Shown here in pieces: positions 56,353 through 63,943 of a stretch of 64,000 nt of DNA. Both the position numbers and the translations under genes were made by a program. Origin of the DNA: a virus (lineage: Duplodnaviria > Heunggongvirae > Uroviricota > Caudoviricetes); IMG/VR virus record IMGVR_UViG_3300006147_000008, positions 19,905 to 83,904 of that record. One strand, 5' to 3'. The notes under the pieces were generated by a model, which had not been told where the DNA came from, searched no databases, and worked only from the letters and a program-made list of their open reading frames with translations. Each line of letters starts with the position of its first letter. Within the stretch, counting starts at the first letter, position 1.

Positions 56353-57291
56353 CTTTGCGCCCACCCCGGCCAGCAGGGAGGCCATCTTGTCCATCATGGC
56401 GTGTCCGTCCATGATACGGCCCCAGTTGTTCTCCCAGTAGTTGGCCGTCTGACGGCGGGGAGCGTTGTGGCCTACCATATCGCTCATGGCGTTCAAAGCG
56501 CCCCAGGCGGTGCCCTTGAACTTGGCGATGTCCGGGGCGAAGTAGCAGACCATGTACTCCGTGCGGGCTTTCTTCGCGTTCTGCTTCTCACGGTCGGTGC
56601 TATCCTCAGCGATGGGGAACATCTCATCCAGAATCTTGGCGATCTCCTCATCCTTGATGGTCTTGTTCGCCAGGTTGTCAGCGTACACGGCCAGCTTGTC
56701 CATGTACTTGTTTGCCATATCCAGACACATCCGCGCCTCGTGGAGCTTGGCCTGAATGTCTCCAGTATGCCGCACAGACCATGCCCGCTTTGCGCCGTTC
56801 AGGGCGATGTTCAGGGTGTTGTTGCAAACCACACGCACCGGCGTCATGCAGACACGGATAGCGCCACTCCCGTCGTGGGTGTTGGAGAAGCACAGATACG
56901 GCTCCGTCTTGTCGCCGACGATCTCCGTGTCGGGCAGCTTTGCCAACAGCCAAATCTTCCGGCCACCCCGAAGGGAACCCGCCGTGTCATACCGCACGGG
57001 AACGTCACCACCGATCAGGGCGTCGGTAAAAGCAAAGGCGTCCACGTTCTGAACGATCTTGTACTGGTCAGACACAACCCCCAGCACAGACCCGTCACTG
57101 CTCCGCACGTTGGCCTTGTAGTTGGGAATGACTGCGCCAGTGGGCAGGTGAACATCGTGCCGATCCACCGTCCAGTTCAGCCCAGCCAGCCGCAGCGCGT
57201 CGGCGCTGGTAGGCGCTTCCTCCACCCGTGTGCCCAGACCGTGCCAGGGCTTCTCACGAACATACATCATAGTCTCCACATTAGCAGCCAT
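56350..57291 (-). CDS. hypothetical protein (313 aa; phage/plasmid DUF932-like?)
   Basis: Start MAANVET after GGAGGAACAG RBS, downstream of promoter 57353-57387. Confidence 0.45.
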   Translation of the reverse strand: MAANVETMMYVREKPWHGLGTRVEEAPTSADALRLAGLNWTVDRHDVHLPTGAVIPNYKANVRSSDGSVLGVVSDQYKIVQNVDAFAFTDALIGGDVPVRYDTAGSLRGGRKIWLLAKLPDTEIVGDKTEPYLCFSNTHDGSGAIRVCMTPVRVVCNNTLNIALNGAKRAWSVRHTGDIQAKLHEARMCLDMANKYMDKLAVYADNLANKTIKDEEIAKILDEMFPIAEDSTDREKQNAKKARTEYMVCYFAPDIAKFKGTAWGALNAMSDMVGHNAPRRQTANYWENNWGRIMDGHAMMDKMASLLAGVGAK

Positions 57292-57352
57292 TTTTCTGTT
57301 CCTCCTCAAATTTGTTTGTGATTGGTGGGGGGGGGAGGAATGTCCCCTCCCC

Positions 57353-57387
57353 ATTGTACTTACAAGATGCAATAGGGTTTTGCTAAC
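57353..57387 (-). promoter_or_regulatory. promoter cassette P9
   Basis: minus: GGTTAGCAAAAC-N12-TGTAAGTACAATGGGGAGG. Confidence 0.55.
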
Positions 57388-57757
57388 CGTTGTTATAAAC
57401 TTTTTCCACAACGGGCAGGCAATCATGCCGCCAGGTATAGAAGTCCTCCACAGCGGCGATGGCGTCCTCCTTGGGCATATCGTCGGGGAAGTTGGAAAAG
57501 AAGTGCTCCAACCTCTCCACATCAGGACTGAACTCCTCCTCGTCGCACAGTGTCAGCACCTCGCCCAGCGTCAGATCGTTTTCCTTGCAGGCACGCCAGT
57601 CATCCTCCGTGAAGTCCAGCACGGAACCCATGGAGCCATGGTAGTCTTGGAGCGTCCAGGCCAGTGTCTCGCTCCAATATTCATCCCGTCCACCCTTTTC
57701 GTGGAACTCCGCCTTTGCCTCGGCGATCTTGTTTCTCAGCGTAAACTCTTTCGGCAT
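57383..57757 (-). CDS. hypothetical protein
   Basis: AGGAGGTGTC RBS + MPKEFTL. Confidence 0.4.
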   Translation of the reverse strand: MPKEFTLRNKIAEAKAEFHEKGGRDEYWSETLAWTLQDYHGSMGSVLDFTEDDWRACKENDLTLGEVLTLCDEEEFSPDVERLEHFFSNFPDDMPKEDAIAAVEDFYTWRHDCLPVVEKVYNNG

Positions 57758-57772
57758 AATTGACACCTCCTA

Positions 57773-57806
57773 TTTCATATACAGGGATAAAAGCTGTTTT
57801 GCTAAC
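57773..57806 (-). promoter_or_regulatory. promoter cassette P10
   Basis: minus: AGTTAGCAAAAC-N12-TGTATATGAAATAGGAGG. Confidence 0.55.
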
Positions 57807-58166
57807 TTACTCTATCCAGACTTTTTCTATCCCGAAGGAAATGCGGATGCCCCGGTCGCCGCCGCTCATCATGATGCGGTCAGCCTTGCCCATGATCGTG
57901 GTCAGCTTGTCCGTCTCCGCCTTATCAAAGATAGAGATCGACTTGATGTCCAGGAAAATCACCGCGTTCGGCTCATACTGGTTGGGCTTGCATTCGGATA
58001 GCTTCACCACATCATCACAGCCCTGCAGAAAGTCCACCAGATTGGCCTTAATCTCCTGATAAAGCGCCAGCTTGGAAAAGTCGGCGCGTTTACCATCGAA
58101 GTTTTCATTGTGGTCTACCATTTCCCCGAACTCCTCTGGGGTGATCTTGTCATAATTGTTGCTCAT
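57807..58166 (-). CDS. hypothetical protein
   Basis: AGGAGGAAGC RBS + MSNNYDK. Confidence 0.4.
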   Translation of the reverse strand: MSNNYDKITPEEFGEMVDHNENFDGKRADFSKLALYQEIKANLVDFLQGCDDVVKLSECKPNQYEPNAVIFLDIKSISIFDKAETDKLTTIMGKADRIMMSGGDRGIRISFGIEKVWIE

Positions 58167-58345
58167 CCCTGCTTCCTCCTAATGTCCATGTAATCCCTGT
58201 AGCTCATGCCGCAAAGGTCAGCGGCGTAGTGCAAAGCGGCTTTCTTATCCATCAGCGGGCCAGCGGGCGTCTTGGGAGTCCCCGTTTTGTGGGCATAGTA
58301 GCGGTTGCTGCCCTTCTGCTTGGACACGTCATAGGCGATGGTCAT
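58163..58345 (-). CDS. hypothetical protein
   Basis: 60 aa; GGGAGGAAAAG RBS. Confidence 0.35.
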   Translation of the reverse strand: MTIAYDVSKQKGSNRYYAHKTGTPKTPAGPLMDKKAALHYAADLCGMSYRDYMDIRRKQG

Positions 58346-58358
58346 ATCTTTTCCTCCC

Positions 58359-58547
58359 TCATAAAGTCCAGGCGATCTTTGCCGCCTGTGATTTTAATTC
58401 CTCATCGGAACCGCTCTCGAAGTCCTCCACGAATATCATAGGCAGGCGTCCGTATTTCTTGCGGAACAGAATGTCGAACACGGTGTTGACCACCGTGTTC
58501 ATTGACATCCCTATTTCCTTGAACGCCTTGGCGTCGCTAAAATCCAC
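58359..58547 (-). CDS. hypothetical protein
   Basis: 62 aa; probable GTG start. Confidence 0.3.
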   Translation of the reverse strand: MDFSDAKAFKEIGMSMNTVVNTVFDILFRKKYGRLPMIFVEDFESGSDEELKSQAAKIAWTL

Positions 58548-58559
58548 CTCAACGCCTCC

Positions 58560-58997
58560 TCACCATACGTTCCGCCAGCCAGGGGCCTTGACCCGCTCGT
58601 TCAGCTCGGCCTCTTTTTTGTCGGCCTCATCCTGTTCACCCTCATCGGGGAAGTCGGACACGTCCAAATCGTACACATCGGCGCTCACATCGGTGTTGGC
58701 GTAGATGTTCTGAACCATCCCACCTTTGACCTCCACGGCCAGCTCCACAGCCAGATCGTACTCATCAATGCGCCAGTGCATAGAGTCCATACCGTCACGG
58801 ATAACGGCGCTGTCCTCCTCGCAGTAGCACTCGTCCTCATCCTTGTGCTCCTTGGCGTTGTACTCCCATCCTTCAACGGACTCTTGCCAACCAGTCCGCA
58901 TAGCGGCCTGGGCGTCCTCCTTATGGAGAAAAGGGGATGCTTCTGCGCTGCACCCACAATCGGTGTCCTGTTCACAAACCAGGATGTAAATTTTCAT
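58560..58997 (-). CDS. acidic Cys-rich hypothetical protein
   Basis: Start MKIYILVCEQ after AAGGAGGAG RBS; promoter 59038-59083. Confidence 0.45.
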   Translation of the reverse strand: MKIYILVCEQDTDCGCSAEASPFLHKEDAQAAMRTGWQESVEGWEYNAKEHKDEDECYCEEDSAVIRDGMDSMHWRIDEYDLAVELAVEVKGGMVQNIYANTDVSADVYDLDVSDFPDEGEQDEADKKEAELNERVKAPGWRNVW

Positions 58998-59037
58998 TGT
59001 GCGCTCCTCCTTATCGGTGTTGTAAGGGATGCCCCTC

Positions 59038-59083
59038 ATTCTATTTACATGATGAAAGTATTATTTGCTAACCACTAAAGTGA
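59038..59083 (-). promoter_or_regulatory. promoter cassette P11
   Basis: minus: GGTTAGCAAATAA-N11-TGTAAATAGAATGAGG. Confidence 0.55.
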
Positions 59084-59109
59084 AAGCCCGCCGAAAACGG
59101 CGGGCTTTC
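59078..59109 (-). terminator. intrinsic terminator
   Basis: AAAGCCCGCCG-AAAA-CGGCGGGCTTT hairpin. Confidence 0.65.
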
Positions 59110-59112
59110 TTC

Positions 59113-59652
59113 TCAGGCGACAGCGGCCTTCAGGCGGGCGCGGGGATTAGAGGCCGGCTCAAACCACGCCTCCCCGTTGGAGAAACGAGCGGTACAAACC
59201 AACTCAGTGAAGCCCCATCTTTTGCCCAGCTCGGCCAGCTTGCGGTTGATCTTCCGCACCTCGACGGCGTACTTCCGATAGACCACACTCCGGCAGCAGT
59301 CGAAGTAGTAGTGACACTCATCGTTGTCATAGTCGTATGCGCCCAGATCGTGCTCGGCCTCAACTATGAACTGGATGCCGGAATAGTAGCCGCTCTGCAG
59401 CTTGACCTCATGGAACATCAATTCCCGATTGAAGTCGTTCAACAGGGTGGTGATCTCGTCCCACTCTTCATCGCGGGCCAGCTCATCCAGCTCATAGCCT
59501 TCTTCCAATTCCTCAGAGCCGCAGACCTCGCAGGTGTCGCTATCCAGGTCGTAATGAACCGCCCCACAGACGGGGCAACGCTTGACTTCCGAAACATAGT
59601 CCTTAGCATACAGGGGGAAGTCCCTCATCAATTCAAAGTTGGCAGTGCTCAT
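59113..59652 (-). CDS. zinc-ribbon hypothetical protein
   Basis: Start MSTANFE after AGGAGGTTGCGAT; CPVCG...CEVCG; promoter 59694-59728; ends at terminator 59084-59109. Confidence 0.45.
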   Translation of the reverse strand: MSTANFELMRDFPLYAKDYVSEVKRCPVCGAVHYDLDSDTCEVCGSEELEEGYELDELARDEEWDEITTLLNDFNRELMFHEVKLQSGYYSGIQFIVEAEHDLGAYDYDNDECHYYFDCCRSVVYRKYAVEVRKINRKLAELGKRWGFTELVCTARFSNGEAWFEPASNPRARLKAAVA

Positions 59653-59693
59653 ATCGCAACCTCCTAAAAAATTGTGTGTTGTAAACCCTTCAT

Positions 59694-59728
59694 TATCATT
59701 TACAGTCAGAAAACAAAATTTGCTAACC
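59694..59728 (-). promoter_or_regulatory. promoter cassette P12
   Basis: minus: GGTTAGCAAATT-N12-TGTAAATGATAATGAAGG. Confidence 0.55.
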
Positions 59729-59745
59729 GGAAAGAAAAGATTTGC

Positions 59746-59784
59746 AAAAAAATGAAAAGGGGACGGGTTTAGTCCCCGTCCCCA
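59746..59784 (-). terminator. intrinsic terminator overlapping stop codon of 59769..60011 gene
   Basis: GGGGACGGG-TTTAGT-CCCCGTCCCC + TTTTCATTTTTTT (minus). Confidence 0.7.
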
Positions 59785-60011
59785 AAACACTCGCTGTCAA
59801 TCTCGCGCCGCATATCAAAGACTTGGTGAACAGCACTTTCCGCCTCAGCGATTGACTTGGTGGCATAGGCACACTTCTCTTTCAGCGCATCCGCCTCGGC
59901 CTCCAGCAGCTCTTGAACAAATTCAAGCGCCTCATCAGCATCATCGTCCAGTATTAAAAGTGTGCTGTGCTTCCGCTTAATCTCATCAAACTTCTCTTTG
60001 GTCATGTACAT
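59769..60011 (-). CDS. hypothetical acidic protein
   Basis: 80 aa; stop codon embedded in terminator hairpin 59760-59784. Confidence 0.4.
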   Translation of the reverse strand: MYMTKEKFDEIKRKHSTLLILDDDADEALEFVQELLEAEADALKEKCAYATKSIAEAESAVHQVFDMRREIDSECFGDGD

Positions 60012-60030
60012 TTGATTTTCCCTCCCTCAG

Positions 60031-60270
60031 TTAAAAGTCCAGGCCGGTGATTGCCAGAAGCACATTGTAGAGCACCCGGTAGAAATCCTTGTTGTAAGGG
60101 TTTTGCGCAGCGGCCTTGATCTGGTACAGAGCCTCTTCCACGTCCTTGTACAGCGCGTCGGGATCTTCCACATTGGAGCGCAGATTTGACAGCTCGATCA
60201 GCTTTTCTGCGATGTCCCCGCTGTCGTAGCAAGCGGCCTCATTGTACTTTTTCAGTTCTTCCATCAGCAT
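60031..60270 (-). CDS. hypothetical protein
   Basis: 79 aa; GGAGGACAAG RBS. Confidence 0.4.
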   Translation of the reverse strand: MLMEELKKYNEAACYDSGDIAEKLIELSNLRSNVEDPDALYKDVEEALYQIKAAAQNPYNKDFYRVLYNVLLAITGLDF

Positions 60271-60300
60271 TTTCTTGTCCTCCTTTTTTGTTGAATGCTA

Positions 60301-60339
60301 CCTATTGTATTTACAATCCGTCATGTATCCATGCTAACC
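60301..60339 (-). promoter_or_regulatory. promoter cassette P13
   Basis: minus: GGTTAGCATGG-N13-TGTAAATACAATAGG. Confidence 0.55.
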
Positions 60340-60370
60340 AGCTGAAAAAAAATAAAGATAGGCGGGCCGG
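60337..60370 (-). terminator. intrinsic terminator
   Basis: AGGCGGGCCGGTGCCCGCCT + T-run (minus). Confidence 0.7.
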
Positions 60371-60390
60371 TGCCCGCCTACTCATCCAAA

Positions 60391-60675
60391 TCAAATTTCA
60401 AACCACCACTCCGGCGCGATAAATAAGCTCCCATCCACTTCTTTCAGTGCCCAGCCATCCAGCTCATCCCACGGCCACTTTATATAAATCTGTACCCATG
60501 CCTTATTTTCGTAGCCGTCGATTATCAGTACATCCAGTGTATCCCGTTTGAAACCCCAATTAGAAACCTCGACTTGAGCTATTTTCTGTGTCACTGTACC
60601 GTCCGTCAAGAAAACGGGACAGCCAGCGTCCAGCGCATTTTTGACCGCCGCACAGACCTCACTTGCGTTTGTCAT
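60391..60675 (-). CDS. hypothetical protein
   Basis: Start MTNASEV after TATAATGGAGGTG; promoter 60689-60724. Confidence 0.4.
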   Translation of the reverse strand: MTNASEVCAAVKNALDAGCPVFLTDGTVTQKIAQVEVSNWGFKRDTLDVLIIDGYENKAWVQIYIKWPWDELDGWALKEVDGSLFIAPEWWFEI

Positions 60676-60688
60676 ACTCAACACCTCC

Positions 60689-60724
60689 ATTATATATACA
60701 AACGCTTCTGAAATTCTGCTAACC
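60689..60724 (-). promoter_or_regulatory. promoter cassette P14
   Basis: minus: GGTTAGCAGAAT-N12-TGTATATATAATGGAGG. Confidence 0.55.
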
Positions 60725-60732
60725 ATAAACTG

Positions 60733-60757
60733 AAAAAGGGAGGGCTGCTGCCCTCCC
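60733..60757 (-). terminator. intrinsic terminator
   Basis: GGGAGGGCTGCTGCCCTCCC + TTTTTC (minus). Confidence 0.7.
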
Positions 60758-60765
60758 TCAAAATT

Positions 60766-61044
60766 TCATCTCGCCAGCGTTTTCAGTTCCACACTGTCAA
60801 ACCGCTTGTTGTACGGCTTGTTTCCACCGGAAAGCACCAGGCAGAAATTACGGAACACAACACCGTCGATCTCCTTCAGTTCTTCCTCAGAAATCCGATA
60901 GTAAAACTGCCCACGCTTTGGCGTCTCCTTGTAGTGCTTCAGCATGGCCTCGTGCGCCTGCTCCACCGTGTCAAAGTCGCCGACGTTTACCATCTTGCCG
61001 GTTTTGGTCGATCTCGTCACATGAAATACCCTCTTGTTTTCCAT
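60766..61044 (-). CDS. hypothetical protein
   Basis: 92 aa; AAGGAGGGTG RBS. Confidence 0.4.
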   Translation of the reverse strand: MENKRVFHVTRSTKTGKMVNVGDFDTVEQAHEAMLKHYKETPKRGQFYYRISEEELKEIDGVVFRNFCLVLSGGNKPYNKRFDSVELKTLAR

Positions 61045-61059
61045 AACGCACCCTCCTTA

Positions 61060-61233
61060 ATAAATCACAATTTCTTTTGTCAGCAGCATCCACAGCCCCA
61101 GCGGGGCCATCAGTACCACAGCTGCGGCGTCACGATCTTCTGGAGTTGTCCCAGTGGAACACAGCCACAGCACGACGGCGCAAATTAGCAGTAGGCCAAT
61201 CCCCATCAGCTTTTGTTCCGCTCGCTTGCTCAA
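61060..61233 (-). CDS. small membrane protein (about 57 aa)
   Basis: TTG start after GGGAGGAAAAG; two hydrophobic helices (coordinates approximate). Confidence 0.3.
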
Positions 61234-61248
61234 TTTCTTTTCCTCCCA

Positions 61249-61461
61249 TCAATACTTGATCTCGATACGCTTGCTACCGGCTTCCAGCGCCTTACCCAGC
61301 TTGCCAGCGATAGCCGTCATCTGCTCCGATCTCAGAGCCGCAAACGACGCTTCCATACCCGTCGCCTGGTGGGAATGCTCAGTGTAATATTCAGCCAGCT
61401 TGGTTGCCATTTCCTGCATCCAAACGATCTCATTTTTTGTGAACGATTGCATCATGTTCAC
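61249..61461 (-). CDS. hypothetical protein
   Basis: 70 aa; GGGAGGTGAAC RBS; promoter 61467-61503. Confidence 0.4.
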   Translation of the reverse strand: MNMMQSFTKNEIVWMQEMATKLAEYYTEHSHQATGMEASFAALRSEQMTAIAGKLGKALEAGSKRIEIKY

Positions 61462-61466
61462 CTCCC

Positions 61467-61503
61467 ATTATCTATTACACTGTAATTTTGTTGCTTGCTA
61501 ACC
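61467..61503 (-). promoter_or_regulatory. promoter cassette P15 (also contains leader box GCAACAAAAT)
   Basis: minus: GGTTAGCAAGCAACAAAATTACAG-TGTAATAGATAATGGGAGG. Confidence 0.55.
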
Positions 61504-61510
61504 ACAAAAT

Positions 61511-61542
61511 GAAAAAGAGGCGGGGAGAAAACTCCCCGCCTC
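61511..61542 (-). terminator. intrinsic terminator
   Basis: GAGGCGGGGAGAAAACTCCCCGCCTC + TTTTTC (minus). Confidence 0.7.
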
Positions 61543-61718
61543 CGGTCAATCCTCTACCTCAAACGTGACCATGTTCCGATTGTTGTCCGCCTCAAACTCC
61601 CCGGACTTCTCATCATATCCGGTGATACGGTTTACCGCCGTCAGCAGAGCGTCGCGGATGATCGTCTCATCCTGAATGCCGTCCTTCCCAGTGGGCATAC
61701 AAATTACGACCCGCATAG

Positions 61719-62081
61719 CTATCTCTCCTCCAGTTCTTTTCTGTTGTTGCTGCCGTGCTCGATCTCAAAGCTGTCTCCAACGCGATCTCCACCGGGGAAC
61801 CGATAAATCGGGATGCCCCTCGACTCCTCATACTGGAACCGGCCAATGTACTCACCGCACTTGATGTACAGCGGATACTTCTGTTTCACCAGCTCATAGC
61901 AGCGGGCCAGCTCTTTACCCAGAGGCTTTTCATATTCGATATAGCCCCATGCGTCGCAGTTGGCGTCGTAGCAGGGTGTCCGCTTGTCAAAGTTGACGAT
62001 CTCCAAAACTCGATTGCCGACCGGCTTCGGGAAACTCCCCGGCGTAACCGGGCGCTGAGACGAATAATAACGATAGCTCAT
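61719..62081 (-). CDS. hypothetical protein
   Basis: Start MSYRYY after AGGAGGTGCGATT; promoter 62092-62130. Confidence 0.4.
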   Translation of the reverse strand: MSYRYYSSQRPVTPGSFPKPVGNRVLEIVNFDKRTPCYDANCDAWGYIEYEKPLGKELARCYELVKQKYPLYIKCGEYIGRFQYEESRGIPIYRFPGGDRVGDSFEIEHGSNNRKELEER

Positions 62082-62091
62082 AATCGCACCT

Positions 62092-62130
62092 CCTATTCTT
62101 ATTACAACCACACCTTTCTATTTGCTAACC
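62092..62130 (-). promoter_or_regulatory. promoter cassette P16
   Basis: minus: GGTTAGCAAATAG-N11-TGTAATAAGAATAGGAGG. Confidence 0.55.
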
Positions 62131-62135
62131 GTCCT

Positions 62136-62175
62136 AAAAAATAAAAACGGGACGCCACAAACCAGCAGCGTCCCG
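62136..62175 (-). terminator. intrinsic terminator
   Basis: CGGGACGC...GCGTCCCG hairpin + TTTTTATTTTTT (minus). Confidence 0.65.
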
Positions 62176-62180
62176 CTCAA

Positions 62181-62390
62181 TCAGAAATTCAAGTCCGTGT
62201 TGCCCGTCCGTTTCTGGTGCTGATACCAGTTCAGCATCATTACAAAGTCCCCAGGGGAGATGGTATACTCGCTCTCGCAGTCCGTTGTCCCGTCGCCTCT
62301 CGGTGCCTCCCAGGTGGTAATACTCACAGAGCCGTCCGGCTCGGCCTGTTCCAGCTTGATCTTCCGCCCGTTGTTTACCTCAAATTCCAT
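62181..62390 (-). CDS. hypothetical protein
   Basis: Start MEFEVNNG; 69 aa. Confidence 0.35.
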   Translation of the reverse strand: MEFEVNNGRKIKLEQAEPDGSVSITTWEAPRGDGTTDCESEYTISPGDFVMMLNWYQHQKRTGNTDLNF

Positions 62391-62404
62391 GTCCTTGTCC
62401 TTCC

Positions 62405-62893
62405 TCAAACAATAATGTCGTCGTCCATGTAGACGAACCCGATGTGAATAGAATCCATACAGGCGATATTGCCCTCGCCCAGCTTGTCCATCAGTTTTTC
62501 CAGCGCCTGCCGCTTGTCCTCAGCGGAGATCAGGAATCCACGGCTCCCGCCGTTGGTAAACTGAACCACGATGGAGTATTGGGGGATGTAGTGATCTTCC
62601 TCCTCCTGACGCCGTTCCTCACGTGTTGTGCCATCCACGATGTCTTTGCCGCAGGAAGGGCAGGCGCAGAACGTATCGCCGCCGATCTCCTTCTCGTCGC
62701 TATGCAGCACATCGTTGGAGAACCACTCACCACAGGCTTCGCACTGGATGATCTTGTTGCGGTCAATGGCATGATCGTGGCAGCTTTCGCACTCCACGTA
62801 TTCCTTATCAGGGATGCCGGGGTTGACAGTAAAGGCCAACTCGCCCTCCTCATCATCCAGGATGAATTTCCCGCAGGTTTTGCAGATTTTCAT
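62405..62893 (-). CDS. multi-zinc-ribbon hypothetical protein
   Basis: MKICKTCGKF...CESC...CEACG...CACPSCGK; AGGAGGTG RBS; promoter 62911-62944. Confidence 0.45.
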   Translation of the reverse strand: MKICKTCGKFILDDEEGELAFTVNPGIPDKEYVECESCHDHAIDRNKIIQCEACGEWFSNDVLHSDEKEIGGDTFCACPSCGKDIVDGTTREERRQEEEDHYIPQYSIVVQFTNGGSRGFLISAEDKRQALEKLMDKLGEGNIACMDSIHIGFVYMDDDIIV

Positions 62894-62910
62894 TTTGAAA
62901 CACCTCCTAT

Positions 62911-62944
62911 TTCTATTACAGGGATACAACTGTATTTGCTAACC
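62911..62944 (-). promoter_or_regulatory. promoter cassette P17
   Basis: minus: GGTTAGCAAATAC-N12-TGTAATAGAAATAGGAGG. Confidence 0.55.
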
Positions 62945-62961
62945 GTTCAGAAAAATAATTT

Positions 62962-63008
62962 GAAAAAAAGCTGGGTGGGCCAGTGTCTCCACCAGCCCAC
63001 CCAGCTTT
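62962..63008 (-). terminator. intrinsic terminator
   Basis: AAGCTGGGTGGGC...GCCCACCCAGCTT long hairpin + T-run (minus). Confidence 0.65.
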
Positions 63009-63311
63009 TTATACCTCCAATCCACGATTGAATTTTTCTTGGTCAATCACACAGCAGATGGCGCTCATTGCGTCCATCAGCTCCATTGTCTCCTGAACAC
63101 AGCCCTCCTTGGCACGCGCCGTCTCAGACCAGCGCCCATACAGTATTACCACCATGTCCCGCACATTCTGAAGCTCAATGTCATTGCGGGATTTGATTTC
63201 CAGCGCAGCTTTAATCTGCTCCGCTTCAGTGTCGCTTACGATGCCGCGTCGCGCCGGCCTGTATACCTCTTTCAACTCCCTGATAGCGTGAAAATCAGTT
63301 TTCGTAACCAT
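63009..63311 (-). CDS. hypothetical protein
   Basis: 100 aa; GGGAGGAAG RBS. Confidence 0.4.
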   Translation of the reverse strand: MVTKTDFHAIRELKEVYRPARRGIVSDTEAEQIKAALEIKSRNDIELQNVRDMVVILYGRWSETARAKEGCVQETMELMDAMSAICCVIDQEKFNRGLEV

Positions 63312-63467
63312 TTATACTTCCTCCCACTCCATATTTTTGATCTCGTTGTTGACTTCCTTTTACTATTACAGGAGAAAATCACAATCCGCTACTGGTATCC
63401 AGACCAGAAATTTTATCCAGCCGGTTCATTTCTTCACGAATGATACTTGTGTCCATTTTGACACCTC

Positions 63468-63504
63468 CCATTGATATAACAGTCGGAATTATGTATTTGC
63501 TAAC
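63468..63504 (-). promoter_or_regulatory. promoter cassette P18 (drives 28-aa mini-ORF about 63380-63466)
   Basis: minus: AGTTAGCAAATAC-N11-TGTTATATCAATGGGAGG. Confidence 0.5.
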
Positions 63505-63512
63505 TGAAAAAG

Positions 63513-63544
63513 CAAAAACGGGGAGAAGGTTTACCCCTCTCCCC
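63513..63544 (-). terminator. intrinsic terminator
   Basis: GGGGAGAAGGTTTACCCCTCTCCCC + TTTTTGCTTTTT (minus). Confidence 0.65.
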
Positions 63545-63554
63545 GCTGTCTGCC

Positions 63555-63863
63555 CTACATCGCCGCCTGCGCCGCCTGCGCCTGCCGCCGCTTCCAGTTA
63601 TCCATACGCTCCCGCTCCATCTTCTGCGCCTCCCGGTGGGCCATCGCCGCACGCATGGCCCACCGCGCCGCACGCTTGGGGTTGCGGGCGCTGGCCTTGG
63701 CGTTGACCGTCTGCGCCTCTCCCCAGGACGGGATGCCAGCCACACGATGACGGCGATACTCCGCCTTGGTGATCTCCACCGCGCCGTCCAGGATGCTCAG
63801 GCGCTCCGCGTGGGCGACAAACTTCTGTCCGTTCTTCTCACCGATCATGTACTGCTTCTTCAT
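63555..63863 (-). CDS. hypothetical basic protein
   Basis: 102 aa; ACGGAGGAAT RBS; promoter 63905-63943. Confidence 0.4.
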   Translation of the reverse strand: MKKQYMIGEKNGQKFVAHAERLSILDGAVEITKAEYRRHRVAGIPSWGEAQTVNAKASARNPKRAARWAMRAAMAHREAQKMERERMDNWKRRQAQAAQAAM

Positions 63864-63904
63864 GCTGTATTCCTCCGTTTTGTTTTAGTTTGTTGGGATG
63901 CCTC

Positions 63905-63943
63905 CCATTCTTATTTACAGGAAAACACCCCCATCTGCTAACC
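63905..63943 (-). promoter_or_regulatory. promoter cassette P19
   Basis: minus: GGTTAGCAGATG-N12-TGTAAATAAGAATGGGAGG. Confidence 0.55.

Noticed and set aside
56296-57321. 341-aa plus-strand ORF
   Set aside because: Antisense to a minus-strand gene that has a promoter cassette, RBS and terminator; no expression signals on the plus strand.
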